Below are positions 1 to 9,949 of a DNA stretch of 64,000 bases, piece after piece. Made by a program: the position numbers and the translations under genes. The notes beneath the pieces are model-generated. The model saw only the letters and a list, made by a program, of their open reading frames with translations, ran no database searches and had not been told where the DNA came from. Numbering within the stretch: position 1 is the first letter of the stretch; the number at the start of each line of letters is the position of its first letter. The stretch covers positions 930,001-994,000 of the forward strand of contig NW_026250407.1 in NCBI RefSeq assembly GCF_024521635.1. The letters run 5' to 3'. Source of the DNA: Tricharina praecox. Its lineage: Eukaryota.

Positions 1-757
1 ATCCTCGAGGCAACTGTCGGCGATATTGGAGATGGGAAAGGAAAGGTTGGGCTGGTCTCGCAGTCGGCGCAGGTCGCACCATTCGACCTGTGGTATCAGC
101 CAAACTACGACTTTGCGGCAGTCTACAATCCCGAATTTACGGCCATGAACACCTACCGGGGAGGATATTATCAGCAGGCCATCTCAGGGTAGGGTTTCTT
201 GGTTCTTCACCGCTTGGATGGTTCTGACGTGGGTGCAGATTATCGGTCCTGAACAATGACTGGTACGACGGTAAAAAGTACCAGCGCTATGGATTCGAGT
301 ACCTTCCTGGTGACGATGGGCACATTACCTGGAATATTGGAGATCAGAAAACCTGGAAGATGACCGGTGAGGCCACTGGTCCCAACGGAAACATTGGGCA
401 GAGACCAATTCCCGTGGAGCCGATGACTGTCATCATCAACTCCGGAATGTCCACCTCGTTCGCTCTCGTCGAATTCGAGAAGCTCCTGCCGTTGTTCCCC
501 GCAAAGATGAGGATCGATTGGTAATTCTAGCCATCCTGAACCCGAAAGCTGCGCTGTTTGCTAATCCATTCGATAGGATCCGTATCTGGCAGCTTGAGGA
601 TTGCGAGGACTGTTCGGTGACCTGTGATCCCCCGGGATACCCGACCACCAAATACATCAAGAAGCACGAGAAGGCCTTTATGAACCCCAACCTTACGAAT
701 TGGGAGGCCACCGGATATGACTGGCCCAGGAACGAGCTCGTGGATGGATGTGATTGA
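1..757 (+). CDS. KRE6: Beta-1,6-glucan synthesis protein KRE6/SKN1 (GH16-like), 3' part; exons <1-188, 239-520, 577-757
   Basis: Spliced translation ILEATVG..SQSAQVAPFDLWYQPNYD..YQQAISG|LSVLNNDWYDGKKYQRYGFEY..IPVEPM..MRIDW|IRIWQ..TCDPPGYPTTKYIKKH..NPNLTNWEATGYDWPRNEL matches the SKN1/KRE6 C-terminus; GT-AG introns 189-238 and 521-576 keep the frame. Confidence 0.93.
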
Positions 758-2710
758 TCCGACCACGCTCGTCTATGTTCCCGGCATCGATTTCCCATTT
801 AATGAGTGCCATAGCGTTTCTTGTACAGATTTCTTTCACGGCTTTTATTTCGCATCTCGTCTTTTCAGCGGCACCCATAAATGGCACCCTTGGATTCCAG
901 GACTTTTATTTTCTTTCCCGTCCTTCACTGGACGGGCCCTCTTTCTGGGTTTGATTTACATGGAGTACTACGGGGAAGGGATTATGTTTCTTTAGGATTT
1001 CCTTGGGTTTTTTTTTCGGGGCCGGCTGGTCAGGGTACGACATGAAAACCTCTTAATGACGCGTGTGGTATGCTCATGGGTTGCTTGCTTGTTGTACGAT
1101 TTTCATGACTTCTTCATGTACATACCTTTTTTTCCCTCCACATACCTACCTAGAGTACGCTACGCTGCCATCTGTTTTGTTCTGCTCTGCTCGAGATTTG
1201 GTTTTCTCTTTTCACGTTTTAGTTTTTCTTTTTTTTCTTCTTTTTTTTCTTTTACTTGTGTTGGACATACATAGAAGCATGGAACCGATGTGTTCCTTTG
1301 GAGGGGGGAGGGGGGGATCACGATTGTATTTTAAACTACGCACATAGTATCTGACTTGCTTTACAATTGATACTGGATACCGGATGATGAAGAAGGCGAT
1401 GATCAAGTACTTGCCAAAACGTCGCAGGGCGTGTTTGCGTCCGTATTTGTGGGAACTACTTGTGAACATCTAGACGAAGTGTGATTCCTCTAGGGAGATT
1501 AGCTTTGGTCCGGTGAATGGTGATTTACAGTGTGTGTCTCTTTGCCGTCCGGATATTCGATGATACTAAACGTCAGGGAGTTGCCGGCGTATTCATTTCA
1601 TGGTCCTCGGGGTGATCTCGTCAGTACCAGCCTTCGGGCCAGCTTCGCTGCGGATACATACCAGACTACCTATCGTCGCCACGGATAGGTAGTACCCACT
1701 CAAGTACACTGTCTTTGCCGCGGATATAGGTATGTTAATATGCATGTGAATGCTGTTTCGCCCCACCCCACAAAACGGTCGGTCATACGTTGCGGGAACG
1801 CAAGTGAGTGTATGTATTAAGATACGTATCGATACGCTCAGCTACACACTTGAGTATGTAGGTACTACTAGTACCACAGGTCATCAAAACCCGATATGGT
1901 ACCTTAGGTACCTCGGTATGTACCCAATACTTGATTTCCTCGATACATGTTCAATACATAACAGTAGGTACTTAGGTATGGTTGGGCTACATTTTCATGT
2001 GTATCACACCGTACCTACATGACATACTATAACGATACAATACGCTTTCTTTTGGTGATACTGTTTCTCCGTGATGTATAGTACACCTGCAATTATGAAG
2101 TAGGTACATATTCGTGGTTCTACGTATCGGATTATCTCTGCCATAGCGTCTGCATATCTTTGCCATAGCGTCTGCATAGCAGTACCATGCTCTGGCCCGA
2201 CATGTAGTCATTCGGGATATTGTATTGCTACCATTTCTCCCCCCCCCCCCGCCGCCTCACTATAGTAGGTATTTAAAGTAGATTGTGATCGAGGAGGGCA
2301 GCCAAGCACGCGCTTAATGGTTACCATGGTGTACTAGTAACTAGGTACCTACATAGAGGAAGGGGGCGAGAGGAGTACATAAGAGGCTGATCCACCGACA
2401 AAGGCCGAGGAAACCGCTATTGACATCACGAGCCATCACTCATCAACATCGAATCTTGCTATGAACGAGAAGACAATGGTAGCCAGTACTTTTAGCATAA
2501 TTCACCGTTCCTCCCTTCCCTGGGTTGCTCGCTGCGGATAAGAAGGTCCTGCTAAGAACAAAGAAAGAAAGAAAGAAAAGCATCCGAAGAGAACTTAGGA
2601 AAAGGAAAATTGAGACCAAACACATAGAAACTAAAAGAACAGCTGTCGACCCCCGCCCCCCTCCCCTCTCTTCCTGCACCGCCGTGGAACATTAGAGCCG
2701 ATTCTCAAAG

Positions 2711-3463
2711 TCAGCTGGATTTTGAATCAAGCGTTGCGATCAATGATCCGGGATCGTTTGGATCCGGTGCTAGCTGAATGTCCTTGATTGCATTGACATC
2801 GCACTCCGTCAGCACACTTTTGGAACACGGGGAACTAGTTAGTCTGGTATTGCATTGAACTCACATCCTCGCAAAAACCAAATCCTTCTTCCTCTGATGC
2901 TCCTCCGGTGACGCCTGCAACTCTGCTTTGGTTTTTACATTCTGTTCCAGGAATTTCTCCTCGTACGAGTGCTGGAAGTAACGCGTCAAGAAATTCGGCA
3001 TCTGAAGTAGCTCCTTCGGAGCGTCTCTGTAATTCGCATACCCATTCCTTCCCCACTCGGGATCTCCAAGACCGACAAAGAATACATCCCCACGCCAGAA
3101 CAATCTCTCCTCGTAGTCCTCATCCTTGTCGATCAATTGCTGGACCATTTTGCGGATCGTTTCGTTGCGTGGGAACTCGGGATCGGTGATGAAGTAAAAT
3201 AGATACACACCGTCGATGGCAGCGCCGTGCCCGCCGACTTCGATTCGCGCCGATTCGCGGTCTAGGAAGCCGTATGACCAGTAAGGACGTAGGTCCGGAA
3301 CGTGCGTAAGGTGCAAATCCCAAGTTTTGTGTTCCAAGTCTTTAGGAATATTCTTGATATCGATGGTTGGCACTGAGATGATGGTTGGTGCCTCACCATC
3401 TGCGGGGAGCCGGTAGACTTTCGTTTTCGAATATGGCTTGTAATCCCTTGGTCTAGAAGGCAT
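2711..3463 (-). CDS. Hypothetical protein (~234 aa); exons 3463-2865 and 2816-2711
   Basis: 200-aa ORF with globular-looking sequence (HVPDLRPYW, RLFWRGDVFFV); GTGAGT donor at 2864, CTAAC branch and AAG acceptor at 2817 give a 48-nt intron and an in-frame last exon (VLTECDVNAIKD..DSKSS*). Confidence 0.65.
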
Positions 3464-4422
3464 CGATGATGATGATGATGATGATGATGAGGGGAGGGGA
3501 TGTTCGTGCGATTCTGTTGCTGACGCGCTCTTTCCAACGCCTTCTTCTTCAGTGCGTTGACCGCAACATCTTCTCGCGCAGTGGTAACGGCTGTGGAGGA
3601 TTCCGCTACCATGTGCACGGTGGACTTTGGCTGTGAAAGCCTGCTGGCGACAAGCTCCTCCATCTTCCTCGAGGCAAAAGCTATACTCTCAGTACTAAGC
3701 ACGGCGGGAGATGGTACTACTATGTCCCACTACGGATAAACCTTTCCATGAGTCCCCTTATTCTCGAAACGCATGAGCTTCAAGAAGTGGAAGCAGAGAA
3801 AGCAACATCTCCTGCTGATGCCAATATACTTCAAGGATTCCGTGGAGTTGTTTTGGGACTTCAACAACTCCAGCAGCAGATTCACTTCACAATGGACATG
3901 CAGGGGCTTGCGGCATTCCCGCATAAACTCCTTGCGGTCGATGCCGCGGAAAACCGTCGAAGGATCGAATCCCTTTCTCTGCAGCAGACTGTCCACACTG
4001 TTGTTGCTTGGGTTCGTAGGAGGTTGCGGTGCCCGGCCGGCAATATACTCGAACTTCAGCCCTTTGAAGTTTGTGAAAGTTTTGGCGCACTCGGTGAACG
4101 TTTCGTATGCTGCATGTAGCCGTCCTAGAAACCGGATATCTTTGAGGATACGGGTGGTCTCGGGGGTATCACCAATCTTGTCGAGAAGACACTGCCGCAG
4201 TGTCGCATTGCGGCGCAGCGCGTGTGCCGCCGAAACAATATTTCCATGTGATTGTGTTTGCGTAACGTTTCCACAGACCAAGTCACAGAACTTGGCGAAA
4301 CCCGTCTCGACGCTGGCATCGTCGCTCTCGAGGAACTTGATACGATGCTTGCGCAACAGCGTCGCAAGCGTATCGAGACAGGAAGGCCTCTGGACCCGAG
4401 GGTAGCGTAAAAAGTGCGGTAC
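3262..4422 (-). CDS. OTT_1508-like Zn-dependent nucleic-acid deaminase, interrupted by one in-frame TAG at 3732-3730 (edited/read-through gene or pseudogene); 5' end uncertain, possibly small exons up to ATG ~4575
   Basis: Motifs LHVHCEVNLL, YIGISRRCCFLC and GTHGKVYP*W match the HxE..YIGxSKxxCxxC..HxKxYxxW pattern of OTT_1508 deaminases; ORFs 3730..4356 and 3262..3702 are the same frame, separated only by the TAG. Confidence 0.8.
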
Positions 4423-4811
4423 CTAATGCTGGCGATGACCATATCATCGCATGATACAGTGCAAACTAAACCCATGCCGCTAGGGATTAATTGATACGCA
4501 GTTATGTGCGGTGGAAATGTTCGAGTACCTATGGTAGGGTGAGTGTGCGAGTGATATCTACCTACTTACGCCATGAATGATGAATATTCGAGAGCAAGCT
4601 TCACGCTTTATCACCGGCTTTCTAGCTCTCTCAATCACTGTTATCTACCATCGATTGCATGCCCCCAGAAAAGCCATCAGACAAGATCAACCTCCATCTA
4701 CCGCGAGCAATAAACCGCTCTTCTTCCCTAATTGGTGTTCTACCTGCGTATCTACCCAGGTATGTGACTTCTAAAGAGTGCGAAGTTGTAAGTTTTATGC
4801 CCGAGTAGAGC

Positions 4812-5567
4812 CTAATTACCCACATTCGTTCCCCCAACAATCTTGACCATCCTCGCCAAAGTGAACGGAATCTTGGACCCCCATTGTCCCTTCGCCATGG
4901 GGATCCTCTCACCCACCTCCGTAAACCCTCTTCTCTCATAGTACTCTGCTTTCCCAAACTCCACGATCCCGTACGCAACAAGCGTCTCGCATTCTCCCTG
5001 GGCACTGTGGCCTGTAACAAACTCCTCAGCGGCCTCCAACAACCTCGCTCCAAGACCCAACTTTCCCATCGTAAGGTTGATCCCCAGCAGATGAACATGC
5101 CACTCGCGCGGCCCGCCGTCTCTGAGTGGGCCCTCAGCCACGCCGTTCCCGTGCGTTTCGACCGTGCCCTCCCTTTCCAGTGACAACGACACCGTTCCCA
5201 CCACATACCACCCGTGCAAGTCGTGGTGGATACCGTTGAGATCCGCGGCGGGAGGGAGAGCGGCGATTGGCCCGCCAGGAGGTGCGCCAGAGCTGTACAT
5301 GCAGAGCATCCAACGATCAGAGTTGCACAGCTCGGCGGCAGCTTCGCTGGGAAGGCGTAGGTTGGCGAAGCTGGCTAGCTCCGCTGCCGGGAAGGAGGTG
5401 TTGATCATTGAGCGCAGCGTGGCGATGTGCGCTGGTGGGAGAGGGTGCGCAATGGGGCGGTGGACGATTATCTTGAAACTGGGGGAGGGGGGAGGGGTGG
5501 GCAGTGCCGGTTCTGGTGCCGGTGAGGCAGAGCAGAGTAAAGACCGAGAGCTCGCCGGCGAGGGCAT
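4812..5567 (-). CDS. GNAT-family N-acetyltransferase, intronless (start 5567, or upstream ATG 5624)
   Basis: YVVGTVSL, WHVHLLGI..MGKLGLGARLLEAAEE (acetyl-CoA motif A) and AEYYERRGFTEVG (motif B). Confidence 0.85.
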   Translation of the reverse strand: MPSPASSRSLLCSASPAPEPALPTPPPSPSFKIIVHRPIAHPLPPAHIATLRSMINTSFPAAELASFANLRLPSEAAAELCNSDRWMLCMYSSGAPPGGPIAALPPAADLNGIHHDLHGWYVVGTVSLSLEREGTVETHGNGVAEGPLRDGGPREWHVHLLGINLTMGKLGLGARLLEAAEEFVTGHSAQGECETLVAYGIVEFGKAEYYERRGFTEVGERIPMAKGQWGSKIPFTLARMVKIVGGTNVGN

Positions 5568-6272
5568 TGTGACGATTGCGGGGTGATATTGTTTGGTATG
5601 GTGATTCGATTCTCCCGGAAGCATCAGGATATATATTGGTGCGAGTGCTCGGGGAGCAGTGACTCACAATGGTGCATACATGGATGTTATGCTTATGTGT
5701 GATCATTTCCCAACAAGGTGAAATAAATGCCTTGTGCAAGTGGGTTTTCATAAACATTCTGCCCATGTTATGGATGTTGCTGGATGAGCCTTAACGGAAG
5801 CAGTTGTTATACGAGATATCCGAAGCGATCCGGCCACCTACGGTCTCTCCCCCACTCTCCCCCTCTTCCCAAGTTCCCTTCGCGGACGAATGGTTTTCTG
5901 ACTGACTGACTTTATGATGATTGTCGCGCCTTCTGTACATGGCTGCCAGCAAAACCCCGCGAGTAGCCGGCAGTCCACCTTCCGAGACATCGAACTTTGG
6001 GGTGGGATTGCGCGGATTGTAGAGAGAGAACATGAATTTATTGTTGCATACGGCCTTACTGGACCATGGCGACCAGTACAACTACCAGCTCCGCGGGGGT
6101 AGATAGAAAGCCGTATCGCCGCGGCTCGATGGATGCTGCACCACAGCCTACCAAACAAGCCACAACAAAAACAAAAGACCCCGTTCACTGTCGTATTGCG
6201 TGGACTGATGTAGGTAGTTAACTAGTGGAAGCTGCCCGAAGATTGTCCAAAGTTGGGTGATATGCCATGGCT

Positions 6273-6282
6273 GTCACGTGAC
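6273..6282. promoter_or_regulatory. Palindromic GTCACGTGAC E-box (Cbf1/bHLH-type) in the divergent GNAT-LSM1 promoter
   Basis: Perfect 10-bp palindrome ~190 bp upstream of the LSM1 ATG, overlapping a TGACGT CRE half-site. Confidence 0.4.
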
Positions 6283-6472
6283 GTACCATTGCTCGCGTAT
6301 CTCAGGCCTGCAAGCCACACAGCTTCAAAGCCGGAATCAGCAACCCTACTCTATCTAAGTAGATCAACCCCCCGCCCCCGCCCACGCCCACGCCCACGCT
6401 CGATCTCACGCGCGCAACGAAACGCCCAACCACAGCCCTTTCCCGCCTCCGCCCGCACACGTACTCTACAGA

Positions 6473-7221
6473 ATGGAAGGTACGGATCCACCGACGCTGC
6501 CGCCGCAGATGTTTACGACTTCGGCGCAATTGCTGGATCTTACCGATAGTATGGTATTCCTGGAGCTAGTGGCGGGGGGGAGGGAGGGTGGGGGGGATGG
6601 GATGAAACACGTAACTTACGCAACCCACGCGGGATTCTCTAGAGAAATTGATGATCACTCTGCGGGATGGAAAGAAGATGATTGGGGTTTTGAGGGCGTG
6701 GGATCAGGTACCCTTCCCTTCCCATCCCCGTTCTTTCACCGCCAGCTTTGCGAATGGAGGCGCGGACGGCTAATGTTTCGTTTCATCGACCGGCAGTATG
6801 GTTAGCATAGCACTCCCACATACTCCCGTTCGAGAACCCGTGCTCACGAAGTCGGCATGTTGCGATCTTGTAGCAAATCTCGTCATACAGAACACCACGG
6901 AGCGCATATTCGCGGGCGGAATGTACTGCGACATTCCGCGGGGCATCTACATCGTGCGTGGCGAGAACGTGTTGTTGCTCGGTGAGATCGTAGGTTTCTT
7001 CCAGCTACTACTTTGTGGAGGTGGAAATCTGGGGGGCTGATAGGAGGGGTGCGGAAAAGGATCTGGACCGCGAAGACGATATTGCCATTCCGTGCCGCTC
7101 GAGGGAGGAGTTGCTGCCACTGCAGAATTTGGAGGCGGCCGAGACGAAACGGAGGGATCGCGTTCACCGGAAGAAGCTTAGGGCGCTCGGGTTTGAAGAT
7201 GAGGGAGAGATTCTACACTAG
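6473..7221 (+). CDS. LSM1: Sm-like protein Lsm1; exons 6473-6548, 6641-6707, 6797-6800 (4 nt), 6874-6989, 7060-7221
   Basis: Spliced product ..FTTSAQLLDLTD|KKLMITLRDGKKMIGVLRAWDQ|Y|ANLVIQNTTERIF..RGIYIVRGENVLLLGEI|DLDREDD shows the Sm1/Sm2 motifs of Lsm1. Confidence 0.93.
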
Positions 7222-7455
7222 GAGTGTTGAGTCTCGATACCTGGAAGGGCTGGGATGTCGCGGGTTCTTATGGAGAGGTGATGGAATTGGATGCGACGAT
7301 GGATGGACTTCTGGCCTTGTTATATCTACCCAAGGCACAGATCCCGAAGATGCTAAAGTTGACGGCGGTGGGGGGGTTTGTTCTTGCTTGCGTTCGTTAT
7401 ATCATTCATGGGCTCAAAATAAACGGAGTTTATGGGGTATGTTCTTGTTTGGATT

Positions 7456-8425
7456 CTACAGGGAGGAGGGAGAAGAAGCAGAGGCGAGCTTGAGCTTGAG
7501 CTCCGAGATAAGGATGTTGACCGCCCACTCAAGTGTCTCCTCCATCGATGCGTCGAGGGATTCGGGCGTATGTATTCTCCTCTTCTCTTCCGCCTCAGAA
7601 GTCAACCTGCCCTCGACGTCGCCATCGACGAATAGGTACTTGTGTTCATCGACCTGTGCGTGTGTATGTGTGGTCAGCTAGTGAGGAGATCTGTTGGCGC
7701 GATGGGTGGTGTGCGGTACATAATTGGGCCAAACGATCTTATCGAAGTAACCCGGAGGATCAGTCCAAAATCCTGCACAGTGTCCATCAGCATCTCCCAC
7801 CCGCCGTTTATCCGGGCGAGCGCTGCCCACCTTCAATAGTGACATATCCATTCCTAGCCTCACGCCGCTGCTTTGCCTACACACACAGAGACCATCACCT
7901 CTCCGTCCACGGAAAAGACAGGGAGGGAGGGCAGGAGGGAGGGAAAGTTCTTACCGTCTCGTGCGGCACGCGCAGCAAGACCTTAACATCCATCCTCTCC
8001 TCGACCGGACTGTCCCTATGCAGCATGAGAAACCCGTCCAGAATAGCGACCCTGACATCCGCGCGGATGTTATCATCCAGGCGCTTCTTCAGCCGGCGCA
8101 TCGTCTCGGGCGAAACCAGCTTCTGCTCCGGCTCCGCGCCGACGGGAGAGTCGTCCTGGAGGCTTTTCAGATCTGCGGGCAGAGCGCCGAACTCATGAAC
8201 GCTGTCGAGAACCCGGCATAGGTACTCCCAGTTGATGGAGCCGGCGCAGTCCCAGTCCTGTAGGCCACCTGCGTGCAGTGGGATGGCACCATCGGGGTGG
8301 TAGAAGTCGTCTTGGTGGAGAATGAACGAGGACGGGATTAGGGAGCGCAGGAGTCGCGACAGCGTCGTTTTGCCTGTCGAGGATAGCCCGGATAGGCCCA
8401 CTATGAAGGTGGTCGGTGAAGCCAT
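7456..8425 (-). CDS. NRK1: Nicotinamide riboside kinase (uridine kinase-like P-loop), 4 exons
   Basis: IVGLSGLSSTGKTT P-loop, LHQDDFY, DWDC, ILDGFLM, and spliced RREARNGYVTIE|GFWTDPPGYFDKIVWPNY|VDEHKYLF; stop TAG at 7458-7456. Confidence 0.92.
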
Positions 8426-9120
8426 GGTGGTAAGGGTTGAGCTCGGAGTCGATACTAGGAGCTGACCTGGGAGCTGGTTATTAATAAGCAGTCGTTGATC
8501 GGGCTTGGCAGATATAGGCGGGACGGTAGGTGCGGCGTCGTATGTGTAAAGGTTTGAACCGACGCTACTTTTTACCATCACCGCCCCTCTTGATCTTACC
8601 CCGCCAGGCAGTATTGACTTTCATATATAGTGGAACTCTGCTAAGCTGCACTATCAAAGCACAAACCCCGAGCTTATATACAGCTTTAGATCATCTTACC
8701 GCCGTATACTTACTCTATATACCGGCTAGTCACCGACGTTTATCACGGTCCGGTCCAGTTCAGACGGGACCGACTTTTGACGGCCTCGGCAGCTTATTCC
8801 AGCCTGGTATGTAAGTACTTTAGAGGACGGTGACAGTCCAGTCCAGTCCAGTCATCGGTCTGGCATGAGAACTGATGCTCTATGGGTACTAACTAGTACA
8901 TGGGGCCCGCCGGATATTTCGAGTGATGATTTCATGACCGACAAAAGCCGCAGCGTCTTGGAGACTCGGAGGCCATCTACCGCAGTCCGGCCGGCCACGG
9001 TATAGTAGGGTCCGCGGCGAGGAGCAGTAGCACTTTATACATTGCTCAATATGGAGTAGGTAGTACCGTAGAGTAAACACTGGCAGGCAGGCAGTCTGGC
9101 AGACGATGTTGATTAACAGC

Positions 9121-9295
9121 CCAATCCACCAATCCACCAATCCACCAATCCACCAATCCACCAATCCACCAATCCACCAATCTACGAAACAGCAGCAGCA
9201 GCAGTACTTCTTACTTCTTACACAGACACACGGACACTCGACACAGACACTCGACACAGACACTCGACACAGACACTCGACACAGACTCGACTCG
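9121..9295. repeat. Adjacent minisatellites: (CCAATCCA)x~7.5 at 9121-9182 and (GACACTCGACACA)x~4 at 9233-9295
   Basis: Directly visible tandem repeats. Confidence 0.9.
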
Positions 9296-9949
9296 GCCCT
9301 CCCCAACGAAGAAGAAAAGAGACGAAAAGAACTTGAACAAAACAAAATCCCAACATCAACCAACCCGAAGCACGAGTAACTAATCCCGCAGTTTCAACCA
9401 AACCAAAAACCATCCCCCCTGCCCCCGCCCCGTATACCAGAAAACCCTAACATGAGTAAAAAGCTTAAAAGTTTTAAAGTGAGGTACAAAGTAAGTAAGA
9501 AGGAAAAGCCCAAACCAGGAAGCAGAATCGAAAAAAGAAGAAGAAGAAAGAAAAAATGTACAACCAGGGAAAGGGAAGGCTCCGATGAATAAATGGAGTA
9601 AAACGTGAGTAGTAAAAAAACAAAAAAATAGTAATACAACCCCCGAAGACAAGAACATAAAAAAACCTAGGGAAAGTAACAAGCAATGTCAAGTCTCAAA
9701 CTCCTACGCCGCTGTACAAAAAGGCGAAGAAAAAAGAAAGAAAAAAGAGAAAAGAAAGAAAAACGAAAAAAAAAGATATCAAAGGACGGACCAAATTCGA
9801 CGATGCCACCGTTAGCTGCACAAGTTCAAGGAGGAAAAAAAATAAAAAACACCCACGCCCCAAACACAAACACAAACAAATCCAAGAAACGAAACGAAAC
9901 GAAACGAAAAATAAAACGTGGTAGACGCAGTTGCTTGTTGTGAGAGAGA

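Noticed and set aside
4680..4814. Run of five in-frame TAG codons at and after the GNAT stop, considered as editing-dependent fusion to the deaminase
   Set aside because: A TGA follows in the same frame and the intervening peptide is not protein-like
9121..9295. Tandem repeats considered as a CRISPR-like array
   Set aside because: Eukaryotic context, no unique spacers; simple minisatellites
9300..9943. Lys-rich and Phe/Leu-rich ORFs (also near 16136-16380 and 24747-25290)
   Set aside because: Translations of low-complexity A-rich or U-rich 3'-UTR tracts
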